Below, piece after piece: positions 47,945 to 57,849 of a DNA stretch of 61,386 bases (position 1 is its first letter; every line of letters begins with the position of its first letter). The notes beneath the pieces were generated by a model. That model had not been told where the DNA came from. It saw only the letters and a list, made by a program, of their open reading frames with translations, and ran no database searches. The DNA lies in IMG/VR virus record IMGVR_UViG_3300017724_000002, positions 1 through 61,386 of that record. The stretch is one strand, 5' to 3'. Origin of the DNA: a virus (taxonomy: Duplodnaviria; Caudoviricetes). The position numbers and the translations under genes are program-made.

Positions 47945-49485
47945 TCATTCTTCTTCGCCTCCGTTGTTCAATGCTACCATCACCTGCTCAAAAAGGTCAT
48001 GGTCTGAAATGGTGGTTTCTGATTGTTTGCAAGTGCATGCACCTTCGCCAAACCCTTCTATGAAGGAACGGAATTGACATTCGTTAAATGGCGCAAGCAT
48101 AAGCATTTCTGCAAACAACATGAGCAAACCTTCGGTTTCTGCGCTCTTGCCTAAGTCAGACATGAAAGACGCTCTCGCCGTCTGAACATCGGGCAGTAAG
48201 TCCAATGCTCTTTGTTTAGACCATTGCATATGCGCCATTCGGCAGTTACCAGTGCAAACCGGCTCATCTGCGCATATATGCGTGTTGAAGGCTTCGCCTC
48301 GCACACTCAGCGCAGGGGCAGGCTCTTGCACATAGTCAAAAATTGAGGTTTGAATATTGGCAGGGGGTGCGGGATTATTTTTGGAGGGTGAGCAACCCGC
48401 CGCCCCGACTGCCTTTTTGAATGCAAATTCCATGAATGACGCATACGCCCATAGGACTGCGCCAATGATTAATATACCGAGAATGACATTCATTTCAAAT
48501 CGACTCCCATGAAATTTCATCTTGCTCGACCTTCTTAAAAAGAAGCCATGTTCCTTCCATGCGCTTGACCCAGTAGCCATGCCCCTTTATCTCCGCTTTG
48601 CGTGTGCGCCATTCATCCCAAAAGGTTTCGTTGCAATTGCCATACCATGTTGTGCGCTTTTTGCTCATCTTCATTTCGATGCCGAAAATCTCAAACCTTG
48701 TATAAACAGGGCGTGGTTCGGGGTGAACCTCTAATTCTGCGCCGTCAAGCCACTTCGCCAATTTTTCTTGAGCGAAGACTGTCGCTTTAGCGATTGCATC
48801 CTCTTCTTTGTGCGCAAGATTCTGAACAAATTGGCAATAGTGGGAGGTTGCGCCGTCAGATTTGGTGGACTTTACCTCAAGGTAAAGGGTATAAAATTGC
48901 TCTTTCTCGCCCGTTCTGCATACATGAAGAATACCGTCACGGCGCACTGTTTTTAGTGTGGATTGACCTTTGGCAGTGAAGGTGTTAGGGTGGACTGCGC
49001 TCATTGCTCATCAACCTCCGCCTTAAGTGCGCACAATTCATCAATCATTTCTTGCAATTTTCTTTGAATTGTTCCAAAGTGAACGCTCATCTTCTCCAAA
49101 TCGCTCATAGAAATTGTTTCATCTGAAAAGTGGCGGCGATTGTTAAGACAATCCCAGTGGAAATCAACGCCTTCCTCATAGTCATGCGCCTTATCCCTCG
49201 CCTCTCTTAGCATTTTTATCATGCCGTTTATTTTGTTGCTCATTCTTGTGCGCCCCCTGCAATGATTACCTTTTCACCGATTTTGACCTCAAAGAACATC
49301 GGGATAAGACCGACTTCAACGGTTTGGGTCAACAACCATTCAGAAAATAATTCTTCTGAATTGATTTCAGATGGCATAACGGCCACCATAAAACCGATTT
49401 CATTTGTTTCGCAGTGCATCGTTTTCGCAGTGAAAACGGGTACTACATCAGCAGGCTCAATATTGGGGTTCTGTGCTTCCTCCAT
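47945..49485 (-). CDS. Cluster of early hypothetical ORFs (47945-~48520 with TM, 48495-49004, 49001-49243, 49240-49485)
   Basis: Coupled ORFs downstream of the TATA box at 49509-49519; ATG 49485 is leaderless-spaced. Confidence 0.55.
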
Positions 49486-49508
49486 GCTATACCCTACCCA
49501 TTCAAGGG

Positions 49509-49519
49509 ATATAAACCCC
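49509..49519 (-). promoter_or_regulatory. Archaeal TATA box GGGGTTTATAT
   Basis: 24 nt upstream of ATG 49485. Confidence 0.7.
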
Positions 49520-49987
49520 ATACCCAAAATGCACCACCTGCCCCACATTATGCGAGTAATTAATTTAATGCGTATGCCTGCATGTGCCTGCATGTGCCTC
49601 ATGTGTGTATGTGCATGTATGTGCGTGGGTGCAGGCTCGGCGGGAAGGCAAAATTTTTCTTAGAGTTTCATTGCGCATATAGGCAGGGATAACCGCAGGA
49701 ATTTGCGCCGAACATTGTTCAGAACGACGCACTGCTCTCAAGTCCTTCGAGGTTTTCGGTATGGCTTGCGCTCAATCCGAATCAATCAGAATTTTTGCGG
49801 ATTTGCAAAAACCAAAAACTGCGCAAAATGCGCAGATTCAAAAAAAATAAAAAAAATCGCCCCGTTGGGTCGCAGTGGGCTGAATTGACACGGGGCGCAC
49901 ATCAATTCTTGAGCCGTTTTGTTTGTTTTTCAATCCTCCTTTTTTGTTTTTTTATTCGTTCTTTAGCCTTTCAGTCTGTCGTTTTGC

Positions 49988-51022
49988 TCAGTTTTTCTTT
50001 GCTTTGATTTTGAGCAAAGTCTTAACCACTGCGTCAACTGCTTTCTTCAATTCATGCTTTTTGTCGTTACTTCTAGGAATGCACTCAACAACATCGAAGT
50101 GGTCGCAGTGCATCATTTCTGCGGCTTTTTCTGCTAATTCGTAGGGCAAATTTTCTGAGCAACCCGAGCCGCTAGACCTTCGCCCGGTCAAAACCTTGCT
50201 CGCAGTACCCCGAAAGCCAAAGCCAACGGTTCTAAAAGCCCATGCACTCATGGCACTTGCCGCCTGCTCAAGATTTAGCGGCGCAGTTGCCGACTTTACC
50301 TTGATTATTGCGCAACCCGATTTATCACCGTTCACGACGGTTGAATAGGCCACTGAGTAGATTTCAACACATTGACCTTGAGCCTCAAGGATTTGCGCCG
50401 CCGCCATAGTTGCCGCCATTCTGAACATCATTATATCGGCATTAATGCCTCCTAGTGCATTGATTGGAACGAATAACCCGATAGTTTCCCGCTTGATTCT
50501 TCTCTTTCTTTTGTTTCTGAAAATATTTTCATCACCGTTGAGCAGTGCGTCGATTGAGAAGCCAATCATTTTTCGAGGTTCGGCTTGCATTTTGCGCAGT
50601 GAAACCACGATTTCAGAAGTAAAATTTTCTAAACCTTTGAATGCGTTTTTCGATACACTGCGAGCCTTTTCAGCGTCGGGTTTCCATGCTCGGCCTTGAT
50701 GTGCTTCATCAATAATATCTGAAACTGTGCCGGTTCTACCATACCATCGTTGGTTATTGCCCGGGTCATCCATAAGTACGGCGCAGTCATGCTTTTCAAT
50801 GCTTCTAACTGCGGCACTCATCGAAGGGGCAACGCCAATTTCACATATCCCGCCGGAATATTTGACCTCAGCATATACGACACCTTCGCCGTCTGTCTTT
50901 TTCTTGTTAAATTTAGCCATATTTTTCACCTCCATAGTTTGAGATTTTGCGCCATTAGTCGGGAGTCTTTCGAGTCCGTCATTCAGTGGCGCAGTACCCC
51001 GATTATGCGCCTCCTGCGACAT
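49988..51022 (-). CDS. vWA-like partner of MoxR ATPase (start probably ~50921)
   Basis: IGLFVPINALGG...AAAQILEAQGQCVEIY...IKVKSATAPLN...AFRTVGF; directly downstream of the AAA gene. Confidence 0.65.
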   Translation of the reverse strand: MSQEAHNRGTAPLNDGLERLPTNGAKSQTMEVKNMAKFNKKKTDGEGVVYAEVKYSGGICEIGVAPSMSAAVRSIEKHDCAVLMDDPGNNQRWYGRTGTVSDIIDEAHQGRAWKPDAEKARSVSKNAFKGLENFTSEIVVSLRKMQAEPRKMIGFSIDALLNGDENIFRNKRKRRIKRETIGLFVPINALGGINADIMMFRMAATMAAAQILEAQGQCVEIYSVAYSTVVNGDKSGCAIIKVKSATAPLNLEQAASAMSAWAFRTVGFGFRGTASKVLTGRRSSGSGCSENLPYELAEKAAEMMHCDHFDVVECIPRSNDKKHELKKAVDAVVKTLLKIKAKKN

Positions 51023-53222
51023 TCAATTGGCCGTCGTATACCGACTGCGGAATCATTGCGCACTCAATTAAATCTGAGCCGTCACCCTTGCCAACTGAGA
51101 AGTGATTCGCTATACTGCGAGCCATTTCCTCATCAACAGTTTGCGCCCACCTTGCAATAATTGCGTTCAAAGTCCAACCATTGCGAGCCATTGCGAGGCC
51201 ATGACTCAAGGCACGATATGAGAACGAAACGCTAGACTGCGCCGTTAATTCGCAAACTTTTTCATATGCCTCAAACAACTGCTCAGATGATGCCGGCTCG
51301 CCGGAATCGCTACACTCAACCTCTTTTGGCGCACTTTTCAAACCACACATACCGGCCATAATACGGACACTGCGGCGATAATGAACGACGCAAGCACTGA
51401 AACGGTCAACCAATGACTTATCCTGTTTTTGCGCCGCCACATATGCCGGTGAATAACTTAGCCCGGTCGTATTTCCTGCGGCGATTATGAAGCAATTTTT
51501 ATGCATCTGATGAACCTTCCCGGTTGCCGGGTCAACAATTGACTTATTGGCTAGAACTCCGTTTAAAACGGTCATAACGGCGTTATCTCCCTTGTCTATC
51601 TCATCAACAAAAGCAAGGCCACCCTCAAGTATTGCCTTAACTAGACCCGATTTATTCCAAGTCGTTGCGCCTTGCATCATGTTGTAATTTTTGCCGCCTA
51701 GTAGTTGGCTTGCTTCCATATCAGCAAAACATATGACCTCGCCATAATTTGCGTGTTGTTTTTTGGTTATTTCCCCGGCTTCAAGTAGCATGTCGTTGAT
51801 AGTTTTGACACAGAATGACTTCCCTATCCCGGCATCACCATTGAGCCAAACGGGCAACGGATAGCCGTTATCTGTCCTTGAAGTTATGATATTATACACG
51901 GTTGGCACTTGGGGATGATATAGACCCGTAATTTTGACAGGTTTTGACTTCTTGGATTTTTGAACCATCAACGGCGCAATCGGTTGACTGCTCTCTATTT
52001 TTTCGATTAATTCATCATATTTTGCGTCGATTTTTTGGTCTGTGTGGTTGATTTGGTCGTTTAATCTCAAATAGTCATTATTGGCTCTAGGTACAACGGT
52101 TGAAGCATCGAAATGTTCAACAATTTTCCAAACAATGTTTTGAACTGCGCTCTCATCAATTTGAGCATTTGCGCCGCCTAAATTTCCATCAAGTAAATCA
52201 ACAATTTGCGCCGCAATGACCTCTTTTGACTTTGGCTCATGCTTCAAATTATGTGTTGATTTTGTGCCGTTCAAGTCAATAGTCAACTTTTTGGTTGGTT
52301 CTTTTGTCGGTTCTGATGTTCTCAATTTCATTTTTGGATGGTACGCAGTCTGCGTTTTAGGTGGGGTTGGAACTGTCGTTGGTACTGTCGGCACTGTCTG
52401 AGAATTTCCGCCTAGAATTTCATTGATATAGTAGGCATTTTCAACGGCGCAACCGTAGCAGTGCGGCTTATTTTGTGCATAGTTTGGAGATGGTAGCATG
52501 ACCTTATACTCGCCTGTTTGAATTTCACAATGACAGTCAACGCAAGAAGTTGAGTTTTTGGAGTGCTTTCTTGCTCTCCATGCCCCTTTTACATTGCGGC
52601 CAAACTGCTCATACTCGACGGGCATTTTAGACCTAGCCATCAGACCAACGCCAAACAGACCACTGCTCAACAATTTAGGCATAAATAGCCATGCAATACC
52701 AAAAGAAAGTATCACAATACTCACGCTAAACACAACACTGCGAGCCAATAGCCAAACTTCCCCGGGAGGATTTTCTGATAAATAGCCTTCATCAATGTTA
52801 CAATCAGCGCATAGACCGTTATCAAATAGCGGCTCAGTGGTGCTTTCAACCACTAGACAGACCGGGCAAATATCCCAATCTTCAACCTCTTTAACCTCAG
52901 ATAGCGGCGCAGTGTCCGTTTTAGGTTGGTTTACTAGAGAAGAAAAGAATCTTCTCAAGAGTGCGCCCCTAAGATTTTGTCGCTTTGAGGCTAATTCTAA
53001 ACGGTGGACTGCTCGCTTAAACGAGTGTCTAGTAGGTAGCATTTGAGATGGTGTGATTATCAGACCATCGGCGGCGCAGTTTGTTGTTTCATATTCGGAT
53101 GACTCAGCGTTAGAGTCCTTGCTTATCATTTCATAGTCAACGGCGCAGGGTGCTAAAAAGACCACTGCGACCATCAACAACGCATTTATTATGCTTGTTT
53201 TAGTTTGCATTTTGCTCACCAT
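51003..53222 (-). CDS. MoxR/CbbQ-type AAA+ ATPase with long N-terminal TM and Zn-finger extension
   Basis: VWLNGDAGIGKS, LVKAILEGGLAFVDEIDK, HKNCFIIAAGNT, DKSLVDRF; start 53222 lies ~22 nt downstream of a TATA box. Confidence 0.85.
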   Translation of the reverse strand: MVSKMQTKTSIINALLMVAVVFLAPCAVDYEMISKDSNAESSEYETTNCAADGLIITPSQMLPTRHSFKRAVHRLELASKRQNLRGALLRRFFSSLVNQPKTDTAPLSEVKEVEDWDICPVCLVVESTTEPLFDNGLCADCNIDEGYLSENPPGEVWLLARSVVFSVSIVILSFGIAWLFMPKLLSSGLFGVGLMARSKMPVEYEQFGRNVKGAWRARKHSKNSTSCVDCHCEIQTGEYKVMLPSPNYAQNKPHCYGCAVENAYYINEILGGNSQTVPTVPTTVPTPPKTQTAYHPKMKLRTSEPTKEPTKKLTIDLNGTKSTHNLKHEPKSKEVIAAQIVDLLDGNLGGANAQIDESAVQNIVWKIVEHFDASTVVPRANNDYLRLNDQINHTDQKIDAKYDELIEKIESSQPIAPLMVQKSKKSKPVKITGLYHPQVPTVYNIITSRTDNGYPLPVWLNGDAGIGKSFCVKTINDMLLEAGEITKKQHANYGEVICFADMEASQLLGGKNYNMMQGATTWNKSGLVKAILEGGLAFVDEIDKGDNAVMTVLNGVLANKSIVDPATGKVHQMHKNCFIIAAGNTTGLSYSPAYVAAQKQDKSLVDRFSACVVHYRRSVRIMAGMCGLKSAPKEVECSDSGEPASSEQLFEAYEKVCELTAQSSVSFSYRALSHGLAMARNGWTLNAIIARWAQTVDEEMARSIANHFSVGKGDGSDLIECAMIPQSVYDGQLNVAGGA

Positions 53223-53243
53223 TCTGTCGTTAGTCCTTAGAGG

Positions 53244-53254
53244 ATATAAACCCC
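53244..53254 (-). promoter_or_regulatory. Archaeal TATA box GGGGTTTATAT
   Basis: ~22 nt upstream of ATG 53222, next to the first array motif. Confidence 0.7.
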
Positions 53255-53268
53255 AAACATCAGACCAA

Positions 53269-54798
53269 AAAACCGTTGTACTGAAAGCCAATAGGCTCGC
53301 AGTGTGCCTTGAGTCAAAGAGGGGTTTGATTGATATACTAAACCTTGACGCACCCCGGTTTTGATTTTCACTCAGCGCAGTTTCAAAACAGGCTTGCAGT
53401 ACATCGTTTATGGCTCAGTACGGCGTTTTGAAAAATGAAAAATCAAAATCAGCGCAGTTTGAAAATTAATAGCGGCGCAGTCTATCATTTAGAAATTGCG
53501 CAGGCTTTCAGTATAACGGTTTAGTCGAGCAGGCTTTCAGTCTATCGTTTAGGTTAATGCGCCGATTTCAAACAGGCTTTCAGTATAGCGTTTTTCTCTT
53601 ATAGATTCTGAAAATGGTCGGGTTGAAGACCGGACACTAAAACGACCAAAATAGGCTCTCAGTCTATCATTTAGAGTCAACGACGCAGAATTATTAATTG
53701 GCTCGCAGTCTATCGTTTAGGGATTTCGGCAATTCCCCGGGTTTCTAAACGGCGCACTGCTAAGGTGTAGTTTTTGCACCGATGGTAAAATAGCGGCGCA
53801 GTCTATCGTTTAGGGTGTTTTATCTGATTCCAAAGTGATTTGCAAAACTCCCGAAACCGGAAATTGACGGCGTAGGCTCTCAGTCTATCGGTTTCAATCG
53901 GTAAAGGGGCAACGGCGCACTATTGAACCATTGGTTAACTAGCGGCGACATAGCCAAAATGGCCGCAGGCTCTCAGTATATCGTTTATGTCCGGTCAAAA
54001 CAGGCCGACATGGGGCTTTCGGTCTAGCAGTCTATCGTTTAGACGCAGTGCATCGTTTAGGGTTTGCTCAGAACCCCCCCTCCGCTTCGCAGTCTATCGT
54101 TTAGAGAGGGAAATTTTGACCCATTTACCGGAAAACGGCAATTCAAAATAAAAACGCAGTACAACGGTTTTAACTTTTGAAATAGAAAACTGAGCAAAAC
54201 GATGATGCAGGAAGGCGAGATATGAACACTGCGAGCCTGTTTTTTGGCGCAAAATTACCTCAAACAAAATTAAAACCGTTGCACTGAAAAAGTCAGAAAA
54301 GCCTCATTTCATCCATTTTGCTCAATTTCCATAAATGCGCAGTTTGAAACCGTAAAACGGTAAATATGGTATTCTTATTTCAATTAATATGTTCACAAAC
54401 CGGAAAGGGTGGGGCGCAGTCTATCGGTTTTCAATCCCCGGGAGTCAATTGTCTGATGTTTGATAATTGGAAAAATGCGACGCAGTACAACGGTTATGGG
54501 GTGGGTAGGCTCTCAGTGATGCGTTTTTGGTTTTTGCTCAAAATGTCTAACAATAGCAAATAAGAGCAAATTTCCATCTGAAACAAGTCCGACGCACACC
54601 GTTTAACCTCAGTGGATTTTATTTCAATTTGCGCAGAAAAATGAAAGACAGGCTCTCAGTGTGTCGTTTTTGATTAGTTTTTGGCTCAATTTTTAGTGTC
54701 GATATGCTCAAAATATCAGAAAATCGTTATTAATTATTAATTTTTGATTTATTTTGACTTCTCAGATGAGCAAAACAGGCTCTCAGTGCATCGTTTAG
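53269..54798. repeat. Non-coding array of ~25 degenerate ~22-bp motifs (consensus ~YAGGCTYKCAGTNYATCGTTTAG)
   Basis: e.g. 53530 CAGGCTTTCAGTCTATCGTTTAG, 53652, 53699, 53791, 53966, 54088, 54776; ~4 inverted copies (53269, 53745, 54227, 54272). Confidence 0.9.
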
Positions 54799-54922
54799 GA
54801 AAATCAAACGGCGCAAAAAAATATGCTCTAAAATGCGCCAAAAACTGCGCATACTGGCGGCGGCTTACACGCCAACCACCGCAAAAAATTAGCCGTATTT
54901 TTCTGAAATTGGGCTTATAAAC

Positions 54923-56413
54923 CTAAAAAAACGGTACAAACCTTTTATTTCTTGAAATTCTTTTTGTTTTTTTGCCAGCAGACCACTTTGACGCATCTAA
55001 TGACCCTCCTATGACTGCTAAACCAGTGTTTTGTGACGACTTTACTTGGTCTATGGCGTGTGCAAGAGCCATTACGGTATCATTATGCTTGCCTTTGTCC
55101 GTTATATCGCCGTTTTTCCATACATGCGACTCTAACTCGTCAAGTAGTATGCTCATAACACGCCTTGTTTCGTCATTTCCGTATGGTATAATGACTTTTT
55201 CTTGTTCAAACCATACTCTAAGGCGATTTAGCAAGCCTTGCTTGAGTGTTTTATTAGATACCTTGCTCATTTTAAGATTTAGAGTAAGACCCTTTTGGTT
55301 AATAAGTGATTGATACAAAGACTGAAAACCTGCGCTTTCAAATGCAAATACTGGGTGCTTGTATGCGTCATCGAAGTCTTTAATCACTTTAATTTGTTTG
55401 GCAGGAGGGAAATCGTTGCGTCGCCACAAATTGACTATGTGAACATTGCCATCTTTGTCTTGTCTAACTACAATTGCAACGGTATAGTCTTGTCCGATAC
55501 CATGTGAAGGGTCAAAACCTACAATATAGTCGCCTTCATGCAATTTTTGCTTTTGCAATATTCTATCCATGTCAAGATTTTTACGAGTAAGTGTTTGTGG
55601 GAATACTGCGCTATCATCATCGACAACCATACAAAGATACTCTTGCGCAAATGCTAACTCGCCAATAGCCTCTCTTTGTTCAAGTAAAAACTCAAGAGGT
55701 CGTTCATCAGCCCAAAGACAGACAGGTTTAATGTCGGGGTCATTGCGCCATTCATCATAGTTAACAATTGCACCTTTTTGCCATGTTTCCCATGCGTCAT
55801 TACCTAACATTTCAGTATGATAAAGGTCATTCATGCTCATAGGTGTGCCAACACAAAACAAACTGGTTTTAGGTGATAGCATAGGGGTAAGTTTTTTTCT
55901 GAACCACTGCTGATATACTTCATAGGACATATCATTTTGGTCGTCAATAATGTCATCAAGAGCAATTGCGGCGGGGTGTTCACCACGAATACCCGAACCA
56001 ACCGATGTAGCCTTAATCCATGCACCATTTGTTAGACGAAGTTCAAATCTGTTACCTTTTGTTAAATCAACCTTTTTAGATAATTCGGGGTGTCTTTTAA
56101 GGTCTTGGCGTATTTCTTCTAAACGATTCATAGCAAGGTCTTTATTTGCTGAAAATAACCAAATAGTAAAAGGTTTGCCACGCCACTTTTCAAAAAGTAA
56201 CATATGTAATAACTTTACACGAAGCGTTGTGGACTTAGAATGGTCACGGGGCGCAATAATACAAACACGGTGAACCTGCTTTCCTTTATTGTTTCCATAT
56301 AAGTCAAGCCATGTTTGAATATGGTCGCCCCATTTATACCCAAGCCATTCATAAAAATGGCGTATGTCATATCTGCTACGCTCAAGATGAAAGGTTGTCA
56401 TTAAACGAACCAT
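54923..56413 (-). CDS. terL: Terminase large subunit
   Basis: APRDHSKS Walker A, GIRGEHP...LDDI Walker B, VGTP, FAQEY, nuclease GFDPS...DYT, HNDTVMALA. Confidence 0.95.
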   Translation of the reverse strand: MVRLMTTFHLERSRYDIRHFYEWLGYKWGDHIQTWLDLYGNNKGKQVHRVCIIAPRDHSKSTTLRVKLLHMLLFEKWRGKPFTIWLFSANKDLAMNRLEEIRQDLKRHPELSKKVDLTKGNRFELRLTNGAWIKATSVGSGIRGEHPAAIALDDIIDDQNDMSYEVYQQWFRKKLTPMLSPKTSLFCVGTPMSMNDLYHTEMLGNDAWETWQKGAIVNYDEWRNDPDIKPVCLWADERPLEFLLEQREAIGELAFAQEYLCMVVDDDSAVFPQTLTRKNLDMDRILQKQKLHEGDYIVGFDPSHGIGQDYTVAIVVRQDKDGNVHIVNLWRRNDFPPAKQIKVIKDFDDAYKHPVFAFESAGFQSLYQSLINQKGLTLNLKMSKVSNKTLKQGLLNRLRVWFEQEKVIIPYGNDETRRVMSILLDELESHVWKNGDITDKGKHNDTVMALAHAIDQVKSSQNTGLAVIGGSLDASKWSAGKKTKRISRNKRFVPFF

Positions 56414-56615
56414 CGTCACCACTCCTGTTAAAAATCGGGAAGCCGCAGTATTCAGCCAAAGCATACGCTAGCGACTCAACCTCGCTTCTTTCAAGCATTA
56501 TACCAACAACCATTTCTTCTGCAAACAAATTAAATGCAATATAATCCTCGCCCATATCGGCAATACGCAATTGTTTGTCGGGGCTAATCCATATGGGCAT
56601 CTGCTTTCCTTCCAT
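56382..56615 (-). CDS. Small hypothetical protein
   Basis: Coupled between phosphoesterase and terL. Confidence 0.5.
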   Translation of the reverse strand: MEGKQMPIWISPDKQLRIADMGEDYIAFNLFAEEMVVGIMLERSEVESLAYALAEYCGFPIFNRSGDDGSFNDNLSS

Positions 56616-57810
56616 TTAGTGTGTTTAATAATCTTAGTCCATGTCGAAGGTCTGTAAATGCCTGTATATCTCTTGTTTCTGAATCAAGAATAACCATAGG
56701 TGATGTTGGGCGTTCTCTTGGAAATCCGCACATTTCACCAAAACTGTCAATAGTCTTATATGCGCCGGGTCTTATTGCATAACGCTCGACTGCATGACGA
56801 GTAAATGGAACAACAGACGGTGTATGGTGGTGTCCTATAACTCCAATATCGAAATCACACTCTCCGTCATCCCACATTTTCTTAATTACACGGCTTGGGT
56901 CAAGGTTTGAATTGCCTCTTCGCTTGTGTCGAATACTAAGGTGATAAGGAACATCGCCGTGAATAACTTTGAGGTTTAACTCATACGGATGATACAAAAC
57001 TCCCCTGTCTTGAGCAAGACGCTTTAGTGGGTCATAATCTGTTGCACCGGCAGTCCAAAGGTCGTGATTACCTGCAACAATAGCCATAAGTGATGTTGGA
57101 GTCATGTTAATGTAGTGTTCACATAACTGCCACTGGATAGAAGGCGGAATTGGTGCTTTCATTGCAGGTCGTGGCTTGTCAATCATAAAGTTATCAATGT
57201 AGTCGCCTGCGTGTATAACATAACAATCGGGGTGTCCTTCAATTACTTCTGTGTCACGGCGTAGTCTTTCATGGTCGCAAAAAGGATTACCTATGTGTTG
57301 GTCACTTTGAAATGCAATTCCAATGTATCGTTGCTTAGACTTCATGTGAAAAACTGCCCAACGAGCATCTTCATTTGCAAGAATTGCCGCTTTTGAGCGT
57401 TCTTCTATAACATTCCATAGATTTTCACCTGTCGATGCAGACTTTTTCAAATGTTCAACAATAAAATGCGGTGTTTCTGTTTGTTTGACTGCTTTACGCT
57501 CATACGCACGCCTAACTCTATTATCCCAACCAGTCTTTGATATTTCGGGAAAACGCTTTGCCATAATCATTGCTAACTGATTCATGTTGCCGTCAAACTC
57601 CATTGGTATTTCTGCATTGTAGTCAACCACTTCAATACTTGGAAAAATGTCGGGTTCATGTTGTTTTAACATACGCAAACGCCAACGGTGCGATTCTGCT
57701 TCTATTTCGGGCATAATATTCGCCATGTGTCTTGAAAACTTAGCCATATTACCATCATAATGTTCTATCTCTTTTCGGACTGTATTAGTATAGTCGTCAT
57801 CACTGCTCAT
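56584..57810 (-). CDS. Calcineurin-like metallophosphoesterase with N-terminal helical repeats
   Basis: SDQHIG, AGDYIDN, AGNHD, GHHH motifs. Confidence 0.9.
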   Translation of the reverse strand: MSSDDDYTNTVRKEIEHYDGNMAKFSRHMANIMPEIEAESHRWRLRMLKQHEPDIFPSIEVVDYNAEIPMEFDGNMNQLAMIMAKRFPEISKTGWDNRVRRAYERKAVKQTETPHFIVEHLKKSASTGENLWNVIEERSKAAILANEDARWAVFHMKSKQRYIGIAFQSDQHIGNPFCDHERLRRDTEVIEGHPDCYVIHAGDYIDNFMIDKPRPAMKAPIPPSIQWQLCEHYINMTPTSLMAIVAGNHDLWTAGATDYDPLKRLAQDRGVLYHPYELNLKVIHGDVPYHLSIRHKRRGNSNLDPSRVIKKMWDDGECDFDIGVIGHHHTPSVVPFTRHAVERYAIRPGAYKTIDSFGEMCGFPRERPTSPMVILDSETRDIQAFTDLRHGLRLLNTLNGRKADAHMD

Positions 57811-57849
57811 GTTCTGTCCTTGTTTATATTAACACTTAAAGGCTTGCTT

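Noticed and set aside
49855-49900. tRNA gene
   Set aside because: Only a single stem; no cloverleaf, T-loop or CCA. No tRNA was seen elsewhere.
54366-54563. 65-aa ORF in the repeat array
   Set aside because: Runs through repeat units on the strand opposite to flanking genes; likely spurious.
53269-54798. CRISPR or TIGR-like guide array, given the Cas4-like and HNH genes
   Set aside because: Repeats are degenerate, occur in both orientations and have spacers from 1 to >100 nt. No Cas1/Cas effector or Nop-domain protein is recognisable.
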